This document shows, piece after piece, positions 1-9,580 of a DNA stretch of 24,812 nucleotides. The notes beneath the pieces were generated by a model. That model did not search any database and had not been told where the DNA came from. It saw nothing but the letters and a program-made list of their open reading frames with translations. A program made the position numbers and the translations under genes. The stretch comes from a virus (lineage: Duplodnaviria; Caudoviricetes): IMG/VR virus record IMGVR_UViG_3300032218_001450, positions 1-24,812 of that record. One strand, given 5' to 3'. How positions within the stretch are numbered: the first letter of the stretch is position 1; each line of letters opens with the position of its first letter.

Positions 1-1
1 C

Positions 2-178
2 GACTGTGTTATGGCTCTTTGGTTTGCGATTATTCGCGTAAGAGAAATGATGCAACAGTCTAGCAGAATGGGTCAATACGCACCCAATCGTTGGGCAACA
101 AGAGCACAAAAAGCACAGCGTGGCTCAATCCAATTGGATGAAGCATTCGCTGACCAATGGAATGAATACTACGCATAG
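2..178 (+). CDS. terL: Terminase large subunit, C-terminal end (partial; not in ORF track)
   Basis: Frame 2 reads DCVMALWFAIIRVREMMQQ...DEAFADQWNEYYA*. DCVMALWFA resembles the last acidic motif of the TerL RNase H-like nuclease domain; it lies just upstream of the portal. Confidence 0.75.
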   Translation, partial: DCVMALWFAIIRVREMMQQSSRMGQYAPNRWATRAQKAQRGSIQLDEAFADQWNEYYA

Positions 179-187
179 GAGAATAAA

Positions 188-439
188 ATGGCTTCAATAC
201 CAACAGTAAGACCTCAGATACCAACAGTAACGCCACGCACAACTGGAGGAATTACTGGTCCTGGCAAAACATATGTAACCAAGCCTTATCAGCAAATGGA
301 AGAAGCAAAAAAGAACGTTGCTCCTCTTCCTGTTTCAAAACCTTCTGCGCCTCTTGATGATACATCGCGCAAAAATCCTACAATGCCAAGTAAGCCAGCA
401 AAGACTCGTAGCGCCCTTGAATCAAATCGGATGCAATAA
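188..439 (+). CDS. Hypothetical Pro/Thr/Lys-rich protein, 83 aa
   Basis: AGGAGA RBS at 177-182 overlapping the terL stop; low-complexity product. Confidence 0.75.
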   Translation: MASIPTVRPQIPTVTPRTTGGITGPGKTYVTKPYQQMEEAKKNVAPLPVSKPSAPLDDTSRKNPTMPSKPAKTRSALESNRMQ

Positions 440-472
440 AAATAATTTTTCCCTTTAATCGTTAGGACAACA

Positions 473-2245
473 ATGGCATTATCAATGGAGCAGGTAGCAG
501 CCCGCGTTCAATCGCTGCGCTATCGCAATAACGAGCGCGATGCTCGTAACCTTGACGTCCTTGCTGTTCGCAAGGGCAAGATTGCAGAAGTATATCCTGA
601 CTTTTTTCCAGATGGAGTAAACGCCAATGTCGTGGCAAATTTTATTGACATTGTTGCGCGTGACCTATCCGAAGTTATGGCACCACTCCCAGCCGTCAAC
701 TGCTCAGCAGCGAATCAAGTTAGCGACCGTGCTCGTAGTTTCGCGGATAAGCGTACGCGGATTGCTTCTAATTACTTTACCCATTCTGACCTTTCGGTAC
801 ATATGTACTCGGGAGCGGACTGGTATATAACATATGGTTTCGTCCCTTTCATTATTGAATTAGACGAAGAAAGCAAGTTGCCTCGCATTCGCGTAGAAAA
901 CCCACTGGGTGCTTACCCAGAATTCGACCGCTACGGGCGCTGTGTTGCATTTGCAAAACGATATACACTAAGTCTAGCCGAATTAGTTTCACAATTTCCT
1001 GAGTATGAACGAGAGTTGCTTGGTGGCCACGGCTATAAGCAAGACCTAAATCACCAGGTTGAAATGATTCGTTATTATGACAAAGACCAATCACTTATTT
1101 ATATTCCTAGTAAAGACAACCTAGTACTATCAAAGGCTGCTAATCCAATCGGTAAAATGATGGTTGTAGTAGCACGTAAGCCATCTATTGATGGTGAACT
1201 ACGTGGACAGTTTGATGATATCCTGGGTATCCAACTCCTACGCAACCGCTTCGCGTTGCTTGCAATGGAAGCCGCAGAAAAATCTGTACAGGCTCCTATT
1301 GTACTCCCACAAGATGTACAAGAACTGCAATTAGGTGGAGATGCGGTTATCCGTACTTCAAACCCAGCAGGTGTACGTCGTGTAGAATTGTCTATTCCAC
1401 AAGGTGCGTTTACTGAATCACAGGTTCTTAACCAAGAACTTAGAACTGGTGCACGTTATCCTGAGGGACGTACTGGTAACATCAATGCTTCAATTGTTAC
1501 TGGTCAAGGTGTGCAAGCACTTATGGGCGCCTTTGATACCCAGGTCAAATCTGCTCAAGCAATCTTTGCTGCTGCGCTACGCGATGTAATTGGCATTTGC
1601 TTTGAAGTAGATGAGATTATTTATCCAGAAGAAAAAACCATTCGTGGTGTTGATTCTGGTTCTCCATACGAAATTACCTATAAGCCAGGTAAAGATATCA
1701 AGTCTGATTATTCAGCAGATGTTCGTTATGGTATGCTTGCTGGATTAAATCCTGCACAGGGACTTATCTTCATGTTGCAGGCTTTAGGTGGTAAACTTAT
1801 TTCCAAGGACATGGCAATGAGAGAACTACCATTTACGGTAAACGTAACTCAAGAACTTGAGAAAATTGAAATTGAAGATATGCGCACAGCGCTCCTTGGA
1901 GCACTAACAGCATATACTCAGGCTATTCCACAGATGGCAACACAGGGACAAGATGCTTCAGAAGTGGTTCGTAAAATTGCTGAGGTAATTAAGGCTCGTC
2001 AAAAGGGTCAAGCGCTAGAGGATGCTATTGAAGCAACCTTCGCACCACAGCAACAAGTTCCTCCTGCTGGTGCACCCGCTTCACCTGTTGAGCAACCGTC
2101 CCCTGCTCCAGAGGGTACGCCAGCGGGAGGCGCTCCTTCTTCGGTAAACTTACCACCGCAAGGACCACCACCAGATATTCAATCAATTCTTTCTAGTCTA
2201 TCTTCATCAGGAAGAGAAAACGCAAGAGTAGTAACCAAAGGTTAA
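473..2245 (+). CDS. Portal protein (head-tail connector)
   Basis: 590 aa, position after terL, N-terminal 'VVANFIDIVARDLSE' helix, 'TGARYPEGRTG...IVTGQGVQAL' clip/stem-like region, Pro-rich disordered C-terminal tail. Confidence 0.85.
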   Translation: MALSMEQVAARVQSLRYRNNERDARNLDVLAVRKGKIAEVYPDFFPDGVNANVVANFIDIVARDLSEVMAPLPAVNCSAANQVSDRARSFADKRTRIASNYFTHSDLSVHMYSGADWYITYGFVPFIIELDEESKLPRIRVENPLGAYPEFDRYGRCVAFAKRYTLSLAELVSQFPEYERELLGGHGYKQDLNHQVEMIRYYDKDQSLIYIPSKDNLVLSKAANPIGKMMVVVARKPSIDGELRGQFDDILGIQLLRNRFALLAMEAAEKSVQAPIVLPQDVQELQLGGDAVIRTSNPAGVRRVELSIPQGAFTESQVLNQELRTGARYPEGRTGNINASIVTGQGVQALMGAFDTQVKSAQAIFAAALRDVIGICFEVDEIIYPEEKTIRGVDSGSPYEITYKPGKDIKSDYSADVRYGMLAGLNPAQGLIFMLQALGGKLISKDMAMRELPFTVNVTQELEKIEIEDMRTALLGALTAYTQAIPQMATQGQDASEVVRKIAEVIKARQKGQALEDAIEATFAPQQQVPPAGAPASPVEQPSPAPEGTPAGGAPSSVNLPPQGPPPDIQSILSSLSSSGRENARVVTKG

Positions 2246-2263
2246 CTAACTAAGTAGGGGACA

Positions 2264-2809
2264 ATGACAACTATAATTGGTGTACAAAGTGAAAACGGTT
2301 GTACCCTAGTTGCGGACAGCCTAGTTAGTGATGATAGTGGTCGTACATGGAATCATCCACAGATGACCAAGATTAATAAACGTGGCGCATTCCTTATCGG
2401 AGGCGCTGGTGAGGTTGCTCCTTGCGATATAGCACAACATATCTGGGAACCACCAGTATTAACTGTTAAAGATAAAAAAGATGTTTATCATTTCATGATT
2501 ACAAAGGCTATGCCTTCACTTCGTGAATGCTTAAAGATTAATGGTTACAACTTTGATGAAGCACAAGAGAAAGATTCTAGTTCTCGCTTTCAATTTTTAA
2601 TGGCGGTTAATGGTGAGTTATTTGATATTGGTGATGACTTATCTGTTATGCGTAATGCTGATGGCTTTTATGGTGTAGGCTCAGGTGCTCAAATAGCACT
2701 AGGTGCTTTACATGCAGGAGCAGAAGCAGTAAGAGCAGTAGAGATTGCTGCTAAATTAAGTATTTTTTCAGAAGGTCCATTTCAAGTAGAAGTTCAATAT
2801 TCTAAGTAG
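2264..2809 (+). CDS. Proteasome beta-subunit/HslV-like Ntn-hydrolase (Thr protease)
   Basis: After Met removal: Thr1 (TTIIG), Asp17 (ADS), Lys35 in TKI (Lys33 equivalent), GVGSG motif and C-terminal SIFSEGP; length 181 aa matches HslV/beta subunits. Confidence 0.85.
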   Translation: MTTIIGVQSENGCTLVADSLVSDDSGRTWNHPQMTKINKRGAFLIGGAGEVAPCDIAQHIWEPPVLTVKDKKDVYHFMITKAMPSLRECLKINGYNFDEAQEKDSSSRFQFLMAVNGELFDIGDDLSVMRNADGFYGVGSGAQIALGALHAGAEAVRAVEIAAKLSIFSEGPFQVEVQYSK

Positions 2810-2817
2810 GAGTAAAC

Positions 2818-3267
2818 ATGGCTGGTAATCAGAATAGTGGCGGTATGCGCCCAACTGCACCACAGAATAACATGGGTATTTCTGCCACGGGTGGAGCAGG
2901 CTCTAAAGATGGTCAACCAAATCGTTACATTGCGGGAATGCCTTATGGACAAGGACAAGCACTAATGCAACAGCAACAGAGCGCTCCTATGTCAGCAGGC
3001 CCAGCACAGCCTCCTGCAGCCCCTATGGGAACATTACTAGACCCAACCACACGTCCACAAGAACCAATTACTGCTGGTGTTGATATGGGCCCTGGTCCTG
3101 GCTCAGAAGTACTTCCAAAGAACATTGGCGCAGATACACGCGCTACAGATAATATTGATATTATTAAAAAATATTTTCCTGCCATGACTCGCGCATCGCA
3201 ACTACAAGATGCCCCAGATTCATATAAGCGTTTCATTAGTTATCTTGCGAGTGAGATAGTTGGATAA
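2818..3267 (+). CDS. Hypothetical G/P/Q-rich protein, 149 aa, possible virion protein
   Basis: AGGAG RBS; low-complexity N-terminal two thirds, helical C-terminus. Confidence 0.8.
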   Translation: MAGNQNSGGMRPTAPQNNMGISATGGAGSKDGQPNRYIAGMPYGQGQALMQQQQSAPMSAGPAQPPAAPMGTLLDPTTRPQEPITAGVDMGPGPGSEVLPKNIGADTRATDNIDIIKKYFPAMTRASQLQDAPDSYKRFISYLASEIVG

Positions 3268-3469
3268 GTGGCGGGTCGGTAGCCTTTACGACCATATTGA
3301 TACGTTTGCAAATTCATTAGGCTATGAAAATGCTGCTATAGCAATTAAACTTGCTATGGTTCCTTGGGATTCAACTCAAGATAGAGATGCTTTTATTAAT
3401 GCTATTACAGGTCAATTGCCAGTTGGTAATGATGGACATAATTTTGTAAGCGGAACGCAAAGGGGGTAA
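3260..3469 (+). CDS. Hypothetical protein, 69 aa
   Basis: TTG start overlapping the previous gene; fills the gap exactly up to the 3471 ATG. Start uncertain. Confidence 0.7.
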   Translation: MDKWRVGSLYDHIDTFANSLGYENAAIAIKLAMVPWDSTQDRDAFINAITGQLPVGNDGHNFVSGTQRG

Positions 3470-3470
3470 C

Positions 3471-6400
3471 ATGTCATTATGGAATTCATTTCTAAACCAC
3501 ATTGCCAAGCCCGTTGCTCACGTCGCTGAAAATGTATACAAAGCAGGCGTTGCTGCAGGCGGTGCAATTGAAAATGTAGTAAATACTGCAACTGGCGCAG
3601 CAGTTAATGAGATTAAAACAGGTAGAGATGTAGTCTATGCTCCTGCCAAACCAGATGTTAAAATAACTGCCCAGGCAACAACACCTAAAATTACTGGTAC
3701 TCCCGCTGGATTAGATAATACAGTAGCACAAGAAATTGCTAAAAATATTCAATACACACCAGCAAATACATCTTCCAATGGAGATTTAATTCTTAAGGTT
3801 GCTAATGATGTAGTTAATCCAATTATTTCTCATGCAATTACACGTCCAATATCTACCCTTGCTTTGCTTACTGACCCAACTTCACCGTTGTATCAACCAG
3901 GTAAATACGAACAAGGTTTTCAATTAAATGATATCAAGGCTGCTTACAACCGCAGCCAAGATGTATCTCCAATGCAGGCTATTTCAAAGTCTGAACTTTT
4001 TCAAATGTTGCCAGTGCTTCCAGCATATCAGAATGCTATCTATGCAGCAGGAAATATTGATATATCTAAAGTCAACCTATGGGATGACCAAGATATTAAA
4101 AAGAATTTTTCTGATAACATTGTAGGTAAAATTTATACAGGTACTGGTGATTTTATTTTAAGTAATGCTGCAATTACTGTAGCAGGTGGCGGTTTAGGAA
4201 CAGTTGCTAAAGGGTTTGGTAAATTAGCAGGACTTACAACAACTGGTAAAACTCTTGCTGCTTATGAACAAGATATTAATACTGGTTTAGATTACTTTAA
4301 TAGTGATGGTAAAATTGGTAAGTTTACTAATGCCGCTAACGATGTAAAACGTCTTGCTGAAAGCAAAAATGTTGATGAAGTAATAAATATTCTTGACCCA
4401 TACACAGTAAATCCAAGAATGATTGATGTTATAGTTGATACTACAGATGTCAATATAGTTAAAGATTTGCTCCTTGCAGATAAAGGTGATTTAGGAGCCA
4501 TTGGTCGTTTAGTTGGCAAAAACTCTTCAGAACTTGGCTATGCTGCTGACGTACAATCTACTTTTAGAAATAAAGCATTAGATGGTGGTGGAGCATATCA
4601 CCCTGAAGGTGATGCTCTAGACCGCATCAATGCTCTATATGATGATGGAATTAAACTTCCAGAACATAAAAAATATTACGAAACTGTAATGGACCCACTA
4701 AAGAAGTCTCCGCGTGGTGGCGGTCGTGATTACTCTCCGATAGAACCAGTTATTGGTGCAAAAAAACTTGCTGCTGTCGGTGACTATATAAGCAGTGCTC
4801 GTGCAGCATCTATTTCTAGAGATTTTACTGATATTGGCGGTTTCACTGAACGTTTTATTGGTAATCGTTTGGTTACCCGTGTAATTAGTTTTACTGGTTC
4901 ATATAAACCACTTGGTTTTGTAACTTTCTCTGGTGCCCGTCCATTGGATGGTATTGTAGAGTTGGATGCTATGTTTGATGATATGCATCTATTTAATCCT
5001 AAAATTTTTAATAAAAATGCAAAAGATAAATTTATCAATCCAAAATTCAAAGACAATATTATCAAATTAAATGCTGATGGAACTCAAACTATAAAGGCTT
5101 CTGAATACCGCAACGCCGTCAAAACTAACTTTTTACGTGCTACATCAGATATTGAACGTAAACAAGTATTAGAATCTTTAGATGAAAATTTAGGTTTGCA
5201 TTTAGCATATACTAATGGTTTTGTAGATGAACAAGCAATTATAGATTTTACTAAAGAATTACGCGCTAAAATTAGTAATAGCCATGCTGCTTTTTCTCAA
5301 AAAGGTATGGGTATCGATGCTCAAGGTTATAGAACTACGGTTGACCCTAATACACAACGTCAACTTGTAGAATCACATCGTTTAGCACCATGGAATATTA
5401 TTGAAAAAGAAATCATGCGTGCTGCTGAACCTAGAAAACTTTTACGTGCTGGTTTCAAAGTGCAAGATGTTACTAAAGCAGCATTTGAAACTATTAATCG
5501 TTACTGGACATTTGACGTGCTTGCTCGTCCTTCTTATATCCCTAAGCAATCACTTGCGGAACCTGCACTTAGCGCATTTCTTGCACATGGTTTAGGATAT
5601 ATTGTAAACTCTATTCCAACTGCTGCTGGAAATAGTATCAAAAATAATCGCAATCGCGTTTTAGGTTTTGCTCAAAAAATGCATGATTCTACAGAAATGA
5701 AATCAATTCATGAAGTTGTAGATGGTTTATCAAAAAATCTTGATATTGCTATTAATAATCTTAATACATTAAATGCAGAAGCAGATGCTTTCTACAAGAC
5801 TGCCAATGTATCTCCAGCGGCGGTTGCTTCAAATGGCCCTAAAGTAATTAAAGCGCTAAAAGAAGCAGAAGCAATGGTTGATAATATTGAACTTGATTTA
5901 TTGGCCGCTGCCAAGCCATTTGGCAGAATACCACAGGTTCCTACATTTGCTCGCTTAGAGCAACGTATTAACTTTTTAGAAAAACTAAATGGTGTATCTG
6001 GCAAATATGGTACAAATATTGCCAATGCTCGTGCTGCACTTGGTGCCGCTAAGGCTGAAACTCATACGCTTATTCCAAATGCTAGTGAACTAATTAAGAA
6101 AAATGAAGAAATCACTAAGCAATATGCTATTATTGATGATGCATTAAAAAGTTTTGGTGAAGCAAGGTATAAAGAAGCACAAGTGCTTGGCAAAAGTGCT
6201 GAATATAAAAAACGTTATTATGGCAAAGAAGTAAATTATCGCATGATTGACGGCAAGTATACTAAAATTGATTCATTATTTGACGAAAATCAATTTGGTG
6301 CAGCAATGCGAGAAGAACTTTCTAATGCTCAAACAGTTTCTACGACATATCTAAATGAAATGTCAGTACAGACTCGTCAGAGCGCTATTATGCGTAAGAC

Positions 6401-8612
6401 TCCTGGCACAATTACTGATGTAACAAGTCCTTTTTATTTTGAGCAACTTGCTTATGTTGCCAATCGCACAATGCGTGGAGACCCACTTGTAGACCAGATT
6501 CTTGCTGGAACAGAATTCAAAGACTTAGTTAAATGGGGTCAGAGTCCAGCAGGTTTGGCTTACGCTGAACAATTTGGCGCACAGACTGTAGGTAGTATAC
6601 CAGATTTTATTCGTCATCGTGTATCATTTGTTGACCGTTACTTACCAGGTAGCGCTGCTAAAGCAGCAGTTCTTGCTGGAGATGTTACTTCAGTGCAGTT
6701 ACAAACAATTTTAGCACGTGACTTGGATAGATTAACTGCTATTCATCCAACAGAGTTTGACTATAATGCTGCTCATGAAGGTTTTCATGGAGTAAAAGAC
6801 TTGGGTCATATAGATAGAGCAATGTCTTATATCGCTCGTAAAACTTTTAATGCTCTGGCTAAGCCAGAAAATCCAATTCGTTGGTCATTTGCTGATAAAG
6901 TATTTCTGGATACTATTGCTAAAAAAGCAGAAATCCTTGCAAAACAAGGAGTAGAGATGACTACTGAACGCATGAATGCTTTGCGTCAATCTGCTACTGC
7001 TGAAGCAATTAAAGAAACTGAAAAGACATTCTATACTATTCGTAGACAGAATCGTGCATCTTATGCTATGAGAATACTTACAGCATTTCCATCTGCATCA
7101 CTTAATGCTTTCTATCGTTATGGTCGCTTTGCTATTCAGAACCCTACTCGTACGACTGGATTCTTGAATTCTTATAACTCAATGTTTACTACATTTGGTA
7201 TCGACCAATACGGTAATCCAGTTACTAATGCTCAAGATGCCACTCATATTGTTATGCCATTGAGCAAAGAACTTGGTCTATATGGCGATAAAGGCATACG
7301 TTTAAGCGCACGTTCTATTGGTTTCCTAGTCAATACACCAGGGCCGTCATTCTTCATGGCTGCTCCAGTAAGTGCATTGATGCATTGGAAACCAGATTCT
7401 GAAAAAACTATTAAGCAAGCATTAGGTTCTAACTACGATATTATTTTCCCATACGGACCACAAAGTTCTATAGGTTCAGCATTAGTTCCAGGTTGGGCAA
7501 GTGCTGCTGTAGCATATGTTAACGGAGATGAGTCTCGCGCAGACTTCCTAAACTCTGTTAAATCTGTTATGAATTATTACAGAGTTTTAGACGAAATGGG
7601 TATCCAAAAGTTCCCAGGCATGGATGTTGTGCGCAGAGATGCTCGTAACCTTTATGGCGTAAAGGCTCAATGGACATTTGCCTCACCTCTTGGTGTGCCT
7701 ATTAAAGTTGATACAGACCCAATGAAGTTATATGATGATTATTATAATATCTTAACTGAGAAGTATCTTACCAAAGGATACACACGTGTAGATGCAAAAG
7801 ACCTCGCTGGTTTTGAAATGCTTTCTACTTTGGGTGCAGATTTTCCATTAGACCGTGTAACATATAAGGGTGTAGCCCAGAAGGCTTATATTCCAGCACA
7901 GTTGGAAAACTATAAACGCGTGTTCAAAGATAATAATGATTTAGTATCCAGCCTCGCAAATTATGACCCTAAGTTAGTCACATTGCTTACCCTAGATGTT
8001 CCAGTTAAAAAAGAAGAATTTAATCTAAGCATCTATCGTATTCTAAATGACCCTAAGACTAAATTACCTGGTAACGTGCTTCTTAATGAACTTAAGTTAA
8101 GCCCAGAGCAGGAAGAAACTGAACGTCAAATTAATCGTGCTTGGACAAACTACAATGACAAGCGTGATAAATTGCAGAGTCTTGCTTTGTCTCAGGGTAA
8201 AAAGACACTTGCTGCTGCGGGATTAGATGATGATTTAGAAACTTATGCTAAAACAGTTTTGGCTGAACAAAGCCCTGAGTGGTTTAAGCGTTTCAATGAC
8301 CCAAAGGCTTCTGACAATTCTTTCATGTACGCACAAGGTTTAAGTGAAATTACCAATAACGTTAAGTTTATGGCTGCACATGGTAATAGTAAACTATGGC
8401 AAGATGTAACAGCATTCCTTCATGTTCGTAATGTTTATACCACAGTTTATCAATCGTTGCCTAATGGCGATAGACGAAAGACTCAACTTAAAGATTTGTA
8501 CAATCAAAAACTAGCAGATAATATATCACAATGGGACCCAGCGCTGCAGGAAATTATTACAAGATACTTTACTAATGATACCATGAAAACGACTCAGGTG
8601 GAAATTAAATGA
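3471..8612 (+). CDS. Large putative internal virion / DNA ejection protein, 1713 aa
   Basis: Very large, mostly helical-looking, in a structural operon with no tail tube; lacks tape-measure periodicity. Function inferred from size and context. Confidence 0.6.
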   Translation: MSLWNSFLNHIAKPVAHVAENVYKAGVAAGGAIENVVNTATGAAVNEIKTGRDVVYAPAKPDVKITAQATTPKITGTPAGLDNTVAQEIAKNIQYTPANTSSNGDLILKVANDVVNPIISHAITRPISTLALLTDPTSPLYQPGKYEQGFQLNDIKAAYNRSQDVSPMQAISKSELFQMLPVLPAYQNAIYAAGNIDISKVNLWDDQDIKKNFSDNIVGKIYTGTGDFILSNAAITVAGGGLGTVAKGFGKLAGLTTTGKTLAAYEQDINTGLDYFNSDGKIGKFTNAANDVKRLAESKNVDEVINILDPYTVNPRMIDVIVDTTDVNIVKDLLLADKGDLGAIGRLVGKNSSELGYAADVQSTFRNKALDGGGAYHPEGDALDRINALYDDGIKLPEHKKYYETVMDPLKKSPRGGGRDYSPIEPVIGAKKLAAVGDYISSARAASISRDFTDIGGFTERFIGNRLVTRVISFTGSYKPLGFVTFSGARPLDGIVELDAMFDDMHLFNPKIFNKNAKDKFINPKFKDNIIKLNADGTQTIKASEYRNAVKTNFLRATSDIERKQVLESLDENLGLHLAYTNGFVDEQAIIDFTKELRAKISNSHAAFSQKGMGIDAQGYRTTVDPNTQRQLVESHRLAPWNIIEKEIMRAAEPRKLLRAGFKVQDVTKAAFETINRYWTFDVLARPSYIPKQSLAEPALSAFLAHGLGYIVNSIPTAAGNSIKNNRNRVLGFAQKMHDSTEMKSIHEVVDGLSKNLDIAINNLNTLNAEADAFYKTANVSPAAVASNGPKVIKALKEAEAMVDNIELDLLAAAKPFGRIPQVPTFARLEQRINFLEKLNGVSGKYGTNIANARAALGAAKAETHTLIPNASELIKKNEEITKQYAIIDDALKSFGEARYKEAQVLGKSAEYKKRYYGKEVNYRMIDGKYTKIDSLFDENQFGAAMREELSNAQTVSTTYLNEMSVQTRQSAIMRKTPGTITDVTSPFYFEQLAYVANRTMRGDPLVDQILAGTEFKDLVKWGQSPAGLAYAEQFGAQTVGSIPDFIRHRVSFVDRYLPGSAAKAAVLAGDVTSVQLQTILARDLDRLTAIHPTEFDYNAAHEGFHGVKDLGHIDRAMSYIARKTFNALAKPENPIRWSFADKVFLDTIAKKAEILAKQGVEMTTERMNALRQSATAEAIKETEKTFYTIRRQNRASYAMRILTAFPSASLNAFYRYGRFAIQNPTRTTGFLNSYNSMFTTFGIDQYGNPVTNAQDATHIVMPLSKELGLYGDKGIRLSARSIGFLVNTPGPSFFMAAPVSALMHWKPDSEKTIKQALGSNYDIIFPYGPQSSIGSALVPGWASAAVAYVNGDESRADFLNSVKSVMNYYRVLDEMGIQKFPGMDVVRRDARNLYGVKAQWTFASPLGVPIKVDTDPMKLYDDYYNILTEKYLTKGYTRVDAKDLAGFEMLSTLGADFPLDRVTYKGVAQKAYIPAQLENYKRVFKDNNDLVSSLANYDPKLVTLLTLDVPVKKEEFNLSIYRILNDPKTKLPGNVLLNELKLSPEQEETERQINRAWTNYNDKRDKLQSLALSQGKKTLAAAGLDDDLETYAKTVLAEQSPEWFKRFNDPKASDNSFMYAQGLSEITNNVKFMAAHGNSKLWQDVTAFLHVRNVYTTVYQSLPNGDRRKTQLKDLYNQKLADNISQWDPALQEIITRYFTNDTMKTTQVEIK

Positions 8613-9580
8613 CAGAGACAGCAGAACAAAGAGATATTCGTTTAATGAAAACGGAGACACCAAATGAAACAGCAGCCCGTCATACACTTGAGTTAAATAA
8701 AGCAAAAACAGCATCCGATGCTGCATCGGTTACGGCTCAGTTGGGTGGGGTTAAAACTGATACAGCCTCTGCCAATACTGCTGTTTCTAAAAATATAGTT
8801 AAGTTAACTCCTGCCGCTGCTCGTTCGTTAATGGAACAAACTGCAATTGCTAATAATTCTCCACTTAAGTTTACAGATGCTGATGTTGCTAGTTTTATCG
8901 CTGAATTTGATAAGAAATCAGCAGCGCAACTAGATGAGGTTATCCAAGCAGCAACTAGTAATACTAAAGTTGGTGCTAAGCCTGAGGACCTAACTAAAAC
9001 TGTAAGCAACTTATTAACTACAACTTACCTTAATTACTTTAAGCCAGAAGTATTTGCTAAAGATTTTATCTGGTCTAAAACTAATTTTGGTGATGTAAAG
9101 ACTCTTGGTCCTAAAGCCATTACAACGCTTGAAGAGGTACGTACACTAGCAAAGAACTATAACTTGCTAGGTATTACTGATAAGGAACTACAGACTGCTG
9201 CCAAAGCAATTGCTATGGGCACGATGTCATTGGCTGACTATAAAGTTACATTAAATAAAACTGCTATTAAAGAATACCCACAGTTGGCAGATAGATTTAC
9301 TGCACACCCAGATTTAACAACATATGATGTTGCTTCTCCTATTATCAATATGCTTGCTAAAGAGTGGGAAGTTGACCCAACTACTATTAGTTTTGATGAA
9401 CCTATTGTGGCTGAGTATCTTCGCCCAGGTGGGGCCGATGGTAAGCAACCTCCTGCTACATACACAGAATTATTACGTAAAGCACAGAACAGTCCAAAGT
9501 GGCAGACCACAACTAAAGCAAATGAATTAGCACGTGGCTCGGCAACATCTATGGCTAGAGCATTTGGATTTGGAGTATAA
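8609..9580 (+). CDS. Putative internal virion protein, 323 aa
   Basis: ATGA overlap with the previous gene; Ala/Thr-rich helical sequence; function from context only. Confidence 0.55.
   Translation: MTETAEQRDIRLMKTETPNETAARHTLELNKAKTASDAASVTAQLGGVKTDTASANTAVSKNIVKLTPAAARSLMEQTAIANNSPLKFTDADVASFIAEFDKKSAAQLDEVIQAATSNTKVGAKPEDLTKTVSNLLTTTYLNYFKPEVFAKDFIWSKTNFGDVKTLGPKAITTLEEVRTLAKNYNLLGITDKELQTAAKAIAMGTMSLADYKVTLNKTAIKEYPQLADRFTAHPDLTTYDVASPIINMLAKEWEVDPTTISFDEPIVAEYLRPGGADGKQPPATYTELLRKAQNSPKWQTTTKANELARGSATSMARAFGFGV

Noticed and set aside
2818-3469. Pup-like or ubiquitin-like tag partner for the Ntn protease
   Set aside because: Neither small ORF ends in GGE/GGQ or GG (they end EIVG and TQRG), and no ligase is present.
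4981-5070. AT-rich patch with FNPK/INPK near-duplication as an origin or internal promoter
   Set aside because: In-frame Lys/Asn-rich coding sequence; no iterons or convincing -35/-10 pair.
3471-8612. Tape measure protein or virion RNA polymerase
   Set aside because: No tail tube or assembly chaperone genes nearby, no tape-measure periodicity, and no polymerase catalytic motif recognised.
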